Of a DNA stretch of 64,000 bases, positions 10,560 to 20,429 are shown one piece after another. The stretch lies in contig JBFMAF010000027.1 of NCBI GenBank assembly GCA_040755995.1, positions 1 to 64,000 on the forward strand, written 5' to 3'. Under the pieces are notes generated by a model. The model ran no database searches, was not told the origin of the DNA, and saw only the letters and a program-made list of their open reading frames with translations. The first letter of the stretch is position 1; every line of letters starts with the position of its first letter. The position numbers and the translations under genes are program-made. Source of the DNA: Acidobacteriota bacterium. Its GTDB lineage: Bacteria; Acidobacteriota; CAIWXX01.

Positions 10560-13500
10560 TTACTTCCAGTCGCCAATCAGCTGGAAGGCGGCCCAATGAT
10601 AGGGATGGGATACGAACCTGGTGGGTGAATGAATCAGCGCGAGCTGTGCTTGTCTGAGCGCCTCGTCCTTCTGCAGGCCCGATTTCAACCCTTCATATAG
10701 GGCAGTCATCAGCAGAGCCGTTGATTGGTCAGGGACGCCCCAGAGCGAGGCGAGAACAGTGCGGGCCCCTGCATACTGGAATGCCCGCGTCAATCCGATG
10801 AGTCCCTCCCCGCCCATCTCCGTCCCGAGCCCGCTCTTGCACGCGGATAGGACCACGAGATCTGCGTCGACTCTGACGCTTTGCATTATCTCCCATGCCT
10901 GAAGGAGTCCGTTGTTATCCCCTGGGGTGGTACTGGGAGGCTCCGAGAGTGCGAGCGCGGAGTCAAGCGGTAGCTTCTCATGGTAGATGCCATGACAGGC
11001 GAAATGTATGTAGCGGTAGTCTGTCCCGAGAGACTTGGCCCGCTGTTCGGACGCGTCGCTTCCCATGTAGAGAACAGCCTCCCCTGGGAAGACCGCCGCA
11101 ATCTGTTCGACCTCGCGTCTGGAACCCGGGAGGGGCTTCAGGGTGAGCCCGCGACCGGAGAGAGATTCGATCTCCGGATCCGTCCCGATCCCTGTCGCAC
11201 CTGTGGGCCCAGCCGGATACGCGGGGTCACCAAATGCGACAAGCTCCGAGCCACGCCTCTTGTTCTCCGCCCCTCGCTCTTCCCGCAGCTCGGCATAGAC
11301 GGTAGCAGAGACGACGGTGTGAACAGGCTTCCATTCGACGAAGTACTGCCACCGGCGGCTGGCACCGGAGCCGGTCGACCGAATGAGAGCTGCGAACGGA
11401 AGGGAACGCAGGAAACCGTCGGGGCATATCAACACGCGGGTGGATGATTCGATCATGGATTCCGCAGGTCTCAGTAGAGCATCGTACAGGGACATCCCCA
11501 GTCGAACCACAGATGTCTGGTCAGCGTTCCCCTTTTGGGCTTGCAGCACGCCTTCTTCGAATTCAGCCGTTAGCCCCCGAAGTTGGGCGGAGTCCTTGGG
11601 AAGCTCGTAGAGCGAGAACCACTCCGCGGCCGGTGTCCCGACGCTATCCCGATGCTCAACGGCTCGTACGGCAAAGAGATAGCTCTTCTTCTCAGATATC
11701 CAGTATGAGAGCAGGAGAGTGCCCGGATCCATGGCCTCCTGCACCTGATCGAGGGTGAGAGGTCGTGGATACTCCAGGGATGCCAGGCGTGGGCATCTCT
11801 CGCGCATCCGCGCACTCACTTCGTCCCTCTGCACCCGCAGTTCCTGGAGGCGGTTCAGAAGCAGCTTGATCTCAGGGTCGTCCTTCGTGCTGCTCAAGTT
11901 CCGGAGCTGGGCCTGGACGGTGTCGTACTCGCGTGCCACCCTTCCCTGCCACCTAAGCAGGTCTTCCGGCGCGTCGGAATGGATGACGTCTCGTTCCGTC
12001 ATCATCGCGAGCAGTACGCGGGCACGCATCTGCTCTACGACGTGAAAAGCATCTCCAGCATTTCCCAGGCGCAGCAGGTGGTCCACGTAGTTCTCGTATA
12101 TCTCGACATTCTCGGCGCCAAATGCCGCTCGCGATTCGAGTGCACCACCGAGCTTCCCGACCTGGCCCTCGATCGCTTCAATCGATTTCGCGAAGTAATC
12201 AGACGCCGTAGCGAGCTGGTTCTTCTGCTCGCACAGCTTGCCCAGAGCGCTGAGCGTCCTGGCGTGCTCGAGCGTGTCGGGTGCGAGCTTCTCCTGAATA
12301 GCAAGTGCGTGCCGCCAGTGAGACTCAGCCGCATCAAGGTCTCCCTTGGCCCACGCAACTCTGCCCAAGCCGTAAAGCGTTGAGGCCGACGGAAGGCCCT
12401 CCGCGGCGATCCTCTGGCTGATCGCGAGCGAGCGATCGAAGTAGGCCCTGGCCGTGTCGAGCCTCTTGGAGTCCATCGCGAGCATACCCAGGTCGTGGAG
12501 AGAGGTTGCCACATCCGGACTTTCAGGGGCGGCCTTCTCCTGCAGGCGCAGAGCGCCGCTCATGAGGCTATGCGCCTGCTCGTACCGGCCACGACGGGCT
12601 TCGATCTGCCCCAGGTTTGCAAACAGGCCCGCGGTGTCCAGGCCCTCCGGTTCGATTCGTTCGTAGATCCGCAGCGAACGCCTCCAGTATGATTCCGCGG
12701 CAGTCAAATCGCCTCGCTGAGAAGCGACTGCACCCAATCCATACAGAGCCCCGGCCGTCTCGAAACCGTGTGGCACGGTCTTCTCCACCAGATCCAGGGC
12801 CCGTCTGAAGTAGTGATCAGCCACCGCCAGCTCTCCTCGTTCGAAAGCGACCCATGCCACATTGAGCAGCGATTCGGCCATGTCGGGACTGCCCGGTGCG
12901 ACTCTCTCCCGGATTGCCAGGGTCCGTTTGTGGTATTTCTCTGCTTCCGCGTAGTCTCCGAGGTCACAGGAATTCACACCCAGGTTGTTGAGCGTTCCGG
13001 CCAGGTCCAGGCTGTCTGGGACTAACCTCTCCTTGATCGCCTGAGCGCGTTTGTAGTACGCGTCGGCAGCGGGATAGTCTCCGCTCTCGTTCGCCACTAC
13101 GCCCAGCCCCATCAGGCAATACGCACCCATCAAGCCGTCGGAATCCGCACGCTCTGCGACCGCGAGGGCCCGCTGATAGGACGCGGATGCTGCGGCGAAA
13201 TCACCGCGCAGTTTCGCAACATGACCCAGGTTCAGAACTGTGCGAGCCACATCGATCCCATCGGGGGCTTCCTTCTCCTGTATTGCCAAGGCACGAGTCC
13301 ATCGATCCTCTGCCGAGGACAACTCTCCCATCGCGAACGCCACTGTGCCGGAGTTGTTCAAGGATCGTGCGTGCTGGAGGCTGCCAGGAGCCATCTGCTG
13401 GTAGATCTCCAGGGCGCGGTCGTACGCAATCCGCGCCAGCTTCATCTTGCCCTCTTTTCGCAATACCTGCCCGAGTGAGCTCAATAGACGGCCAACACCC

Positions 13501-14240
13501 AGGCCCTGCCCCCAGAGCGCTTCCTGCAGACCGATCGCGTCACGGTACGCTTGCGCGGCCTCACCGAGCCGGCCCTCAGCCTCGTACGTCCTCCCCTCTT
13601 CCTCCAAGACGAAACTCTCGGCCGCCGGGCTGTTGCCGCTCTTGGCGAGTCTCAGCGCAGTCTCCAGACTCGACTCAGCCTCTGCCCAGCATCTATTCGC
13701 GGCATAAGCTCTTCCAAGCTCCAGGTACACCCAGCTTGCGGGCAGGAGCTCGCCTTCGGACTCAGCTCTTCCCTCCATAGAGCCCCAGAAACGAGCGCAG
13801 CTATCAATATCGTCTGATTCGAGTGCAGCCTTTCCTGACAAGTAGTCGCTCAAGGCTGGGCCGGCGAACGCCGGCCGGACCTTCGCACTCCATTCGCCTG
13901 GCGGCATCAGGAGCTCCACCGGCCGGCCACCCTCCTCGCCGCTCAGGAGAACTCCACCGCGGGGCGCCTGTTCGATTCTGACATACGCCCAGTCGAATAT
14001 CGAGCTCAGCGGCCCGCCCGGCGAGTCTGTGTTACTGGGTGGACCCGGTAACCTCTCCCAGCGCGACAGGAGTTGGCCAGGCACCAATCCTGCCGTCTCC
14101 TCCGCGCTCCCCTTCACCACCGTCTCCACGACAATCCTTGAGGCGAACACGGGACCCGCACAGGACATCGCGAAGGCGATGAGCCAGCCAGCAGGGCGAC
14201 GTGGGTGCGTAGCGCCGTCAGCCAAGTTCGCCATGTCCAC
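10560..14240 (-). CDS. Second PDZ-like + TPR + CHAT protein, paralog of 327..4301, with signal peptide
   Basis: RRPAGWLIAFAMSCAGPVFA signal; IVVETVVKGSAEETAGLVPGQLL; TPR array; YIHFACHG, LVVLSACKSG, HPYHWAAFQLIGDW. Confidence 0.93.
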   Translation of the reverse strand: MDMANLADGATHPRRPAGWLIAFAMSCAGPVFASRIVVETVVKGSAEETAGLVPGQLLSRWERLPGPPSNTDSPGGPLSSIFDWAYVRIEQAPRGGVLLSGEEGGRPVELLMPPGEWSAKVRPAFAGPALSDYLSGKAALESDDIDSCARFWGSMEGRAESEGELLPASWVYLELGRAYAANRCWAEAESSLETALRLAKSGNSPAAESFVLEEEGRTYEAEGRLGEAAQAYRDAIGLQEALWGQGLGVGRLLSSLGQVLRKEGKMKLARIAYDRALEIYQQMAPGSLQHARSLNNSGTVAFAMGELSSAEDRWTRALAIQEKEAPDGIDVARTVLNLGHVAKLRGDFAAASASYQRALAVAERADSDGLMGAYCLMGLGVVANESGDYPAADAYYKRAQAIKERLVPDSLDLAGTLNNLGVNSCDLGDYAEAEKYHKRTLAIRERVAPGSPDMAESLLNVAWVAFERGELAVADHYFRRALDLVEKTVPHGFETAGALYGLGAVASQRGDLTAAESYWRRSLRIYERIEPEGLDTAGLFANLGQIEARRGRYEQAHSLMSGALRLQEKAAPESPDVATSLHDLGMLAMDSKRLDTARAYFDRSLAISQRIAAEGLPSASTLYGLGRVAWAKGDLDAAESHWRHALAIQEKLAPDTLEHARTLSALGKLCEQKNQLATASDYFAKSIEAIEGQVGKLGGALESRAAFGAENVEIYENYVDHLLRLGNAGDAFHVVEQMRARVLLAMMTERDVIHSDAPEDLLRWQGRVAREYDTVQAQLRNLSSTKDDPEIKLLLNRLQELRVQRDEVSARMRERCPRLASLEYPRPLTLDQVQEAMDPGTLLLSYWISEKKSYLFAVRAVEHRDSVGTPAAEWFSLYELPKDSAQLRGLTAEFEEGVLQAQKGNADQTSVVRLGMSLYDALLRPAESMIESSTRVLICPDGFLRSLPFAALIRSTGSGASRRWQYFVEWKPVHTVVSATVYAELREERGAENKRRGSELVAFGDPAYPAGPTGATGIGTDPEIESLSGRGLTLKPLPGSRREVEQIAAVFPGEAVLYMGSDASEQRAKSLGTDYRYIHFACHGIYHEKLPLDSALALSEPPSTTPGDNNGLLQAWEIMQSVRVDADLVVLSACKSGLGTEMGGEGLIGLTRAFQYAGARTVLASLWGVPDQSTALLMTALYEGLKSGLQKDEALRQAQLALIHSPTRFVSHPYHWAAFQLIGDWK

Positions 14241-14517
14241 CTCCTGCCTCTACCCTCCGGCGCGAGTACCCCTCCGCCGGGCAGCGGAGCGCCGGATCCA
14301 CGGCTCCTTCTCCTGCAATCGTCGGGATTATGCCAGACCTTGGCACAGGAATCCAACTTGAGGCACAGGCACTACGCGGGCATACAGCAAATCGGCCGGT
14401 CGGCGGCGGGTGACCGGACGCACATGCTCCACAGGCATGCGGTGTCCCGTAGCGCCCCTCTACCCTGCTGTTCTATGCGCCCGACAGAGGCCGACCAGCA
14501 CGCTTGTGGGTCTCGAT

Positions 14518-15357
14518 CTACCGGACTACGAGGAACTCGTACTCCTCGCGGAGGAGCTCGGCGCCAGCCTTGCTTCCGATCAAGATCGCCTCGTGTCTCC
14601 CTTCCGACAGAGTTGCTCCGGGAATGGCCACCAAGAACGCGCCTGTGCCGTGGCTGGGCTGCAGCGACTCGAGCTTCCACTGCACTCGCCCTGACTCGTC
14701 TTCCACCTCCACTCGGAACCTATCCAGCTGTTGCAGATCTGCGAGCGTGCTGATCTGCAGGACAACCAATCTATGTGTCAACCTGACTTCAGGAAGCTGC
14801 TGCTCGGATCGGATGCCTCCGAAAAGCGTGAGAACTTCCAGGTCGGCGAACGGACGATTGGAGTTAGCCAGCTGGTCCCGGAGGTCCCGGTACTGGTGAA
14901 CATGCCGCCACACGGGGTACACTGCCATCAGTAAGACTGCGGCGACCGGCACCAGAGACCACCTGGGCAGGGAGAAGCGTGTTCTGAGCCATGCCGCCGC
15001 CGTGTTGTCCGGCTGAGTGGTGGTGAGGTGCGAAAAAACGCGTTTCCTGAGCCTGCCGGGGATGGCAGGTAGATCCTGCTGTGGAATGGCGGAGACCTCC
15101 CTCTTGATACCAGACGCTTTTTGGTGAAGGAGCAGACTCGCATTGCACTCGCCGCACAGGTCCAGGTGTCGCACGATGCTCGCAGCCGCATCCGGAGCCA
15201 GCTCACCACGCCCGAATGCCAACAGGCTCGACTCCTCGGGGCACGAGTCCGACTCCTCCGACATCCGCCGCCTCAGCCAGTGCTCGAAGCCCCTTATATC
15301 CTCGTCTTCGTCTTCTTTCATCGCTCGCCTCTCATTTTCGGTGGGAGAACCTGGCAC
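14518..15357 (-). CDS. Zinc-finger (zf-HC2) transmembrane anti-sigma factor with extracytoplasmic beta domain
   Basis: CP...HLDLCGEC (HxxxCxxC); TM segment WSLVPVAAVLLMAVYPVW; overlaps the upstream sigma gene. Confidence 0.85.
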   Translation of the reverse strand: MPGSPTENERRAMKEDEDEDIRGFEHWLRRRMSEESDSCPEESSLLAFGRGELAPDAAASIVRHLDLCGECNASLLLHQKASGIKREVSAIPQQDLPAIPGRLRKRVFSHLTTTQPDNTAAAWLRTRFSLPRWSLVPVAAVLLMAVYPVWRHVHQYRDLRDQLANSNRPFADLEVLTLFGGIRSEQQLPEVRLTHRLVVLQISTLADLQQLDRFRVEVEDESGRVQWKLESLQPSHGTGAFLVAIPGATLSEGRHEAILIGSKAGAELLREEYEFLVVR

Positions 15358-15916
15358 GGAGGGCGTACATGGCGTTCTGGATGGAGTTCTTCAGCTGTCT
15401 TTGATCGACACCCATCAGCTCGCAGATCTCCTGGTATGAATGACCCGCCAACTTGAGCAGGAGGCAGGTCCGTTGATCCGACGGCATTGCTGCTATTAGC
15501 GAGTGTATCTGCTGCCAAGAGGCGCCAAGCTCCTGTTCCGAGGTCCCGTGGGCTCCCGGGTCCCAACTGGATCCCGGGTAGTACCTGCTTCTAACATCCT
15601 CTTCATAGAGCCGCCTCGTCCTCTCCTTACGCTTCGTGTCTCTGAACGCGTTCACACATATCGTGCAGAGCCAGGGGAACATGTCCCCCTCGGGCTCGCT
15701 GCCTCTCTTGATCGCCGAAAACGTCCTCAACATAGTCTCCGAAAATAGATCCTCGGCCTCGTTCTTCCGACCCGCCAGTCGCAAGGCGAATGCGTAAACG
15801 CGCTGACCGTAGGCATCATAGACTCGCGCGAACCTTTCTTGATCGTCGCCCGCTTCGCCTTCGATCGGCCGTCCTTCTCGACCCGTGCTCCCGCTATGCA
15901 TAACGCGCGGCCCCAT
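15332..15916 (-). CDS. ECF (sigma-70 group 4) RNA polymerase sigma factor
   Basis: Region 2 AEDLFSETMLR...WLCTICVNAFRD; region 4 MPSDQRTCLLLKLAGHSYQEICELMG. Confidence 0.9.
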   Translation of the reverse strand: MGPRVMHSGSTGREGRPIEGEAGDDQERFARVYDAYGQRVYAFALRLAGRKNEAEDLFSETMLRTFSAIKRGSEPEGDMFPWLCTICVNAFRDTKRKERTRRLYEEDVRSRYYPGSSWDPGAHGTSEQELGASWQQIHSLIAAMPSDQRTCLLLKLAGHSYQEICELMGVDQRQLKNSIQNAMYALRARFSHRK

Positions 15917-16169
15917 CCTTTTCCTGAGCCGATCTTATATTTCGACCGGTGTCGGGTGTCAAACTCGGCTCCGGGTCCGTCGCCGAATCCCCATCTCGTC
16001 TGCGAGCCTCTAAAGCGACACCACACCGCGTCTCCGTGCGCGTCGCGCGAGGCACGGGGTTCATCCGGCCGCGAAAGGAGGAAGGAGGAGCTCGTCACCA
16101 CCACCGGACACCGCGACCGCTTGTGACCGGCCACTCCATGCCTGGTTCGCCAGAAGAAGAGAGGCGCGC

Positions 16170-16198
16170 TTGACATCAAGGCACGCCAGTCCTACCCT
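16170..16198 (+). promoter_or_regulatory. Candidate sigma70 promoter for the 16392 operon
   Basis: TTGACA-17 nt-TACCCT. Confidence 0.45.
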
Positions 16199-16391
16199 TT
16201 AGCCATGATCTACCCCCGATCGCCGCAGGCTCGTGGTCAAACGGGCCGATCATCGATGAAGGTGGACGGAAGACGGATCTCGCTGCCTCTGTCTACGCGC
16301 AGGAGTTACTACTTCCGTAGTATCCTCGCTATCCTGTCGAAACAGCAAGTTCGTATTGCCATCTCGCTACTGACACTATGAGGAGTATTCG

Positions 16392-17804
16392 ATGAATGAG
16401 GAACCTGATCAGAGAAGGCTCACGCTTCCCGGCATTCTTGGTTTCGCTGACAGGCCGGTTATCTGGCCGCGAGCGATAGCTTTTCTAATCGCTTATGTGC
16501 TCGCGAGTGTGGTACCTCTGATCTGGGACTTGCTTACCATGCCACAGGATTTCCCGGCGGATCTCCGCACGTGGATCCTGATGCAGCGTTGTGTGGTGCC
16601 ATTCGTACTGGTCGCGGCGGCGGTGGCTGGATACCGCTTCATCCGGAATCAGTGGATCGCAGCGGCCGTTTCAGGCCTGGTCTACCTGGTCGTGATGACG
16701 CCCGTGCGTTATTCCCTCAATCCCTACTTCCGCTTCGACCTCAGAATACTCTACAGCTGGCTATGGGTCTTCCTGACCTTGATAGGCATCGGTTTGGCAC
16801 TGCGTGTTTGCAGGTCCTTGGTCCTGGCCGTCTTCCTGGGCTACTATCTGGCGTCGTTGTTGGACTCGATTGTCATAAATGTCATATACCTCGTCACCGA
16901 CCACGAATCGCACCTGGATCTTGTGAGCGAGCTCACCTATCAGGGAGTCGAGATCGTCTTCTCCGGCGTCTTCGCACTCTCCTTCTGGGCCGCGTTGCGC
17001 GTCCGTTTGTGCAAACCGGAGCTGCTTGGCACCGAGGCGGCGGCCACCGTCGCGGGGACCCTGCCGGCATCGGGTGAGGCGGGGAACCTGCAGGCGATAT
17101 TTGATTTCCAAACACTGAGGAGCCATCTGCGCGCCGCAGGGATCGGCAGTATCTTATTTGGCGTCATCGCCGTTCTGCTAGGGGGTTCCAGTCTCGGTGA
17201 AGTGCCCATCAATGCCATCCTGCTGGTTCTGGGTTTCCTGCTGATCGGCGAGGGTATCTGGGTATTGGTGGCGCCCAGCCCCGCCGGGATGATCTTCGAC
17301 GGCATCGTACTGATCCTGGTGGGGCTTTGGAATCTGGTCGTCACAGCGTACAGCGCGCAAGCGCCGGGATCCGGTCCCGCCGGTTTCGCCGTCCTGGGGG
17401 TGATGCAGGTCGTCTGGGGCTTCCAGAGCATGCTCAGGTACAGGCGCTATGCGCACCTGGGCGGCCAGAGACTCTCGGCCGAGGATCTGGCGCAGGGGCA
17501 GACGCAGATCGAGGCCATCTGGCGGGCAGACCTCAGCGGGACGCCCGACATCATCGAGTTCAAGACACGCGGATTTCTCAGTCAGCTGGTCTGGCGCGGG
17601 AAGTTGCTGACGGGATCGCTGGCTACGCTGCGCAGTGGTAAGCCGTTCATGGTTGTGCCAAAGGGAGAAGCGGAATTGACGATTCCGGAGGCCCAACTCC
17701 ATCAAGACCCGATGAAGGGCAAGCTGCGTCTGGAGAAGTTGACGCTGGGCGTCGCGCTCTCCCGCGATGCATACGCGCGTTTCCAACAGTGGAAGACGAC
17801 ATGA
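16392..17804 (+). CDS. Polytopic membrane protein of unknown function
   Basis: About 10 hydrophobic segments; GAGGAG RBS; stop overlaps next ATG (ATGA). Confidence 0.8.
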   Translation: MNEEPDQRRLTLPGILGFADRPVIWPRAIAFLIAYVLASVVPLIWDLLTMPQDFPADLRTWILMQRCVVPFVLVAAAVAGYRFIRNQWIAAAVSGLVYLVVMTPVRYSLNPYFRFDLRILYSWLWVFLTLIGIGLALRVCRSLVLAVFLGYYLASLLDSIVINVIYLVTDHESHLDLVSELTYQGVEIVFSGVFALSFWAALRVRLCKPELLGTEAAATVAGTLPASGEAGNLQAIFDFQTLRSHLRAAGIGSILFGVIAVLLGGSSLGEVPINAILLVLGFLLIGEGIWVLVAPSPAGMIFDGIVLILVGLWNLVVTAYSAQAPGSGPAGFAVLGVMQVVWGFQSMLRYRRYAHLGGQRLSAEDLAQGQTQIEAIWRADLSGTPDIIEFKTRGFLSQLVWRGKLLTGSLATLRSGKPFMVVPKGEAELTIPEAQLHQDPMKGKLRLEKLTLGVALSRDAYARFQQWKTT

Positions 17805-19036
17805 GAACGCCGAGCGAAGCGCCGGATAGCCGGATAGTGTGGGATCATGGCCCGTCGACGGCAGGCCGATGCCGCACGCCAGTGCTCTGCCTGATGGCAC
17901 TGCTGCTGCCCTGCGGGGCGTTCGGCGCGGAAGCCACATCGACAACTATCAAACCGCCGCCCGCCGGCAAGCTGTATCACGGCGTCTATCCGGGCGGTCA
18001 GACCGGCGAGGAAGACGACCTCACACCGGCCGACCTGGCCTCCTACGAACAGACCGTCCAGAAGACGGCGGCGTGGGTCTACTTCTCCAACAACTGGTAC
18101 GCCGATCGACGCTTCCCGCTGGCGACAGCGAGATGGATTCGCGACGCCGGCAGCGTCCCTTTCATTCGTCTCATGCTGCGCGACAGCCCGGAGCAGAATC
18201 GGCCGAATCGCATCTTCACGCTGGAACGGATCCTCCAGGGCAAGTTCGACAAGAACCTTCGGGCGTGGGGCAGGGCCGCCCGCGATTTCGGCACGCCGCT
18301 TCTTGTGGAGTACGGCACCGAGGTCAACGGCGAATGGTTCCCGTGGAACGGCAAGTGGAACGGCGGCGGCAAGACCGGAGCGTACGGAGATCCGAAGTAC
18401 CCGGACGGGCCCGAGCGCTTCCGCGACGCTTACCGCCACATCATCGATGTCGTGCGGCGCCAGGGCGCTACGAACATCACGTGGGTGTTTCACGTGAACG
18501 GCGACGACTGGCCGCAGACGCGGTGGAACCGCTTCGAGAACTACTACCCGGGCGACAGCTATGTCGACTGGCTCGGTGTCAGCGCCTATGGCGCGCAGAC
18601 TCCGACGGACGACTGGTGCGACGCCTTTGCCGCAATGCTGGATGCCGCCTACCCGCGCCTCGCCGCTTTGTCAGCCACAAAGCCGATCGCGGTCCTCGAG
18701 TTCGGTGTGACGGCGCGCAACCCGATCTGCGGCCAGGCCGCCTGGGCCGAGGCCGCGCTGACCAACCTCGTCGGCCTCCGCTGGCCCCGCGTCATCGCCT
18801 TCTCGTGGTGGAACGAGTATTGGCAGAACGACGACAACCCTGCCCACGACACCAACATGCGAGTGCAGGACAATCCAGCCCTCGCCGGCGTCTTCCAAAG
18901 ACTGGTCGGCGCGAACGACGACGTACTGGGCAGGTTGATCCTGACCTGCAAGCCCGGTGGGTTGCGGCTCGGCAGGCAGCCATTCTGGACGGGATGGAGC
19001 ACCACCATGTGGTCTTCACGGTGCCCCGTGTTCTGA
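17801..19036 (+). CDS. Glycoside hydrolase family 26-like (beta-mannanase-like), exported
   Basis: YGTEVNGEWFPW (acid/base), YYPGDSYVDWLGVSAY, KPIAVLEFG (nucleophile). Confidence 0.88.
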   Translation: MRTPSEAPDSRIVWDHGPSTAGRCRTPVLCLMALLLPCGAFGAEATSTTIKPPPAGKLYHGVYPGGQTGEEDDLTPADLASYEQTVQKTAAWVYFSNNWYADRRFPLATARWIRDAGSVPFIRLMLRDSPEQNRPNRIFTLERILQGKFDKNLRAWGRAARDFGTPLLVEYGTEVNGEWFPWNGKWNGGGKTGAYGDPKYPDGPERFRDAYRHIIDVVRRQGATNITWVFHVNGDDWPQTRWNRFENYYPGDSYVDWLGVSAYGAQTPTDDWCDAFAAMLDAAYPRLAALSATKPIAVLEFGVTARNPICGQAAWAEAALTNLVGLRWPRVIAFSWWNEYWQNDDNPAHDTNMRVQDNPALAGVFQRLVGANDDVLGRLILTCKPGGLRLGRQPFWTGWSTTMWSSRCPVF

Positions 19037-19171
19037 ACACTGTTTCCCGGAAAATCGGAGGGTCGCCGCCTAAGACCTCCTCTTGTGGCCGTCTCTGAGA
19101 CACTTCGCCAGGTGGGTGCGGCCTCTGAGGCACCTCGGAGCCGCCGTTGGTTTCACAGCCGACGGGCCATC

Positions 19172-19187
19172 TGTGTCATATTACGCA
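19172..19187. promoter_or_regulatory. Candidate enhancer-binding-protein site
   Basis: TGTG-TCATATTA-CGCA, one mismatch to the TGCG-N8-CGCA dyad, about 60 nt upstream of a sigma54 promoter. Confidence 0.4.
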
Positions 19188-19249
19188 CCGACAGCGTCAG
19201 CCGACCTCCCTGACGCTAGGCGCGCGCCTGGCACGGGAGGACTTATGGT

Positions 19250-19265
19250 TGGCACGCAATTTGCA
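19250..19265 (+). promoter_or_regulatory. sigma54 (-24/-12) promoter
   Basis: TGGCACGCAATTTGCA, a perfect TGGCACG-N4-TTGC match, 50 nt before the decaheme gene. Confidence 0.85.
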
Positions 19266-19314
19266 AAACATTGCGGAGTAGCTTATTTCGTTTCGCTGGA
19301 CGGAGAAGGGACAA

Positions 19315-20427
19315 ATGGACATGGCAGATTACAGACTAATCACCGGCATCACGATGGCGTCCGTCTCCCTCGCGACCGTGCTCATCGCGGGCACCACTGA
19401 GCGCACCCCGGCAGGCACCACTGAGCGCACCCCGGCATCTAGGCCCGGCTCCGGCAACCTCGGACCGTTGCCCCAAGCAGAGGCGGCTTTCACATCGCAC
19501 GCTCCCTATGAGACCGGCGACTGCGGACTCTGCCACAAGCAATCGGATCCGCGTGCCTCGGGAGCTCTCGCCCGCCCCGTGGCCGAGCTGTGCCTGGGCT
19601 GTCACGAAGACTTCAAACAGGTGTTGAGCAGGAGGTTCGCGCATGCGGCGGCCGAAGACAGCTGCGTGAACTGTCACAACCCGCACAATTCGAAACAGCC
19701 GAAGCTGCTCCTCGCAGACCCGAAGGGCCTCTGCCTAGGCTGCCACGACTCCATCAAAGATCTGGCGTTGCGCTCGAAGGTCGTGCACGGTGCGCTGTCT
19801 ACCGGCGGCAAGTGCGCGGGCTGCCACGACCCCCACGGGTCCGAGATTGAGCATCTCTTGCTCCGGCTCCCCTTCGACCTCTGCGTGAAGTGTCATGCCC
19901 AGGACGGTCTTCTCGACACGCAGGGGAAGGCTCTTACGAACATGAGGAAGCTGCTGGACGAGAACTCCGTCTGGCACGGACCGGTGAGCAACAAAGATTG
20001 TACTTCATGCCATGACCCGCACGCCGGATCGCTGTTCCGGATGCTCGCCGCGGAGTATCCGCCGGAGTTCTACGCGCCGTACGATCCGAAGCTCTATGCG
20101 CTCTGTTTCACCTGTCACAACGAGCAGATGCTGGCGACCCCGGAAACCACCACACTCACCCAGTTTCGCGACGGCGCGCAGAATCTGCACTACCTGCACG
20201 TGCGCCGATCGGAGCGAGGGAGGACGTGCCGGGCCTGCCATGAGGTGCACGCGTCGAAGCAGCCTCATCAGATTCGCGACGGCGTGCCCTACGGATCAGG
20301 TGGATGGATTCTGAAGACCAACTACCGAGAGACACCGGAGGGCGGGGTCTGCGAGAAGACGTGTCACGCGACCAAGACCTACGTCAACACGGCGCCTTCA
20401 CCTGGGACTCGGCCATCGACGGAGTGA
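19315..20427 (+). CDS. Decaheme c-type cytochrome (doubled-CxxCH, DmsE/MtrA-like relay type)
   Basis: 9 CxxCH plus C-terminal CEKTCH (Cx3CH); CxxCHxPH repeats; N-terminal hydrophobic segment. Confidence 0.9.
   Translation: MDMADYRLITGITMASVSLATVLIAGTTERTPAGTTERTPASRPGSGNLGPLPQAEAAFTSHAPYETGDCGLCHKQSDPRASGALARPVAELCLGCHEDFKQVLSRRFAHAAAEDSCVNCHNPHNSKQPKLLLADPKGLCLGCHDSIKDLALRSKVVHGALSTGGKCAGCHDPHGSEIEHLLLRLPFDLCVKCHAQDGLLDTQGKALTNMRKLLDENSVWHGPVSNKDCTSCHDPHAGSLFRMLAAEYPPEFYAPYDPKLYALCFTCHNEQMLATPETTTLTQFRDGAQNLHYLHVRRSERGRTCRACHEVHASKQPHQIRDGVPYGSGGWILKTNYRETPEGGVCEKTCHATKTYVNTAPSPGTRPSTE
19390..19437 (+). repeat. Perfect 24-bp tandem duplication (GTTERTPA x2)
   Basis: GGCACCACTGAGCGCACCCCGGCA occurs twice, at 19390-19413 and 19414-19437. 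Confidence 0.95.
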
Positions 20428-20429
20428 TC

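Noticed and set aside
14331..14345. TGCCA-N5-TGGCA dyad upstream of CHAT#2
   Set aside because: Single short dyad with no second copy; not a valid -24/-12 box.
327..15916. Type III-E CRISPR/Craspase locus, suggested by TPR-CHAT plus ECF sigma
   Set aside because: No cas7-11, csx30/31, cas1 or repeat-spacer array seen anywhere in the window.
17839..19098. 419-aa alternative-frame ORF and similar long shadow ORFs (e.g. 36778..38286, 44525..46084, 49120..50652, 53162..54904, 55976..57496)
   Set aside because: They overlap well-supported genes, are Arg/Pro/Ala-rich and lack motifs, as expected for GC-rich shadow frames.
19090..19140. Imperfect direct repeat (CTCTGAGACACTTCG / CTCTGAGGCACCTCG)
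   Set aside because: Only two degenerate copies; could be an operator but is unsupported, and it is not CRISPR-like.
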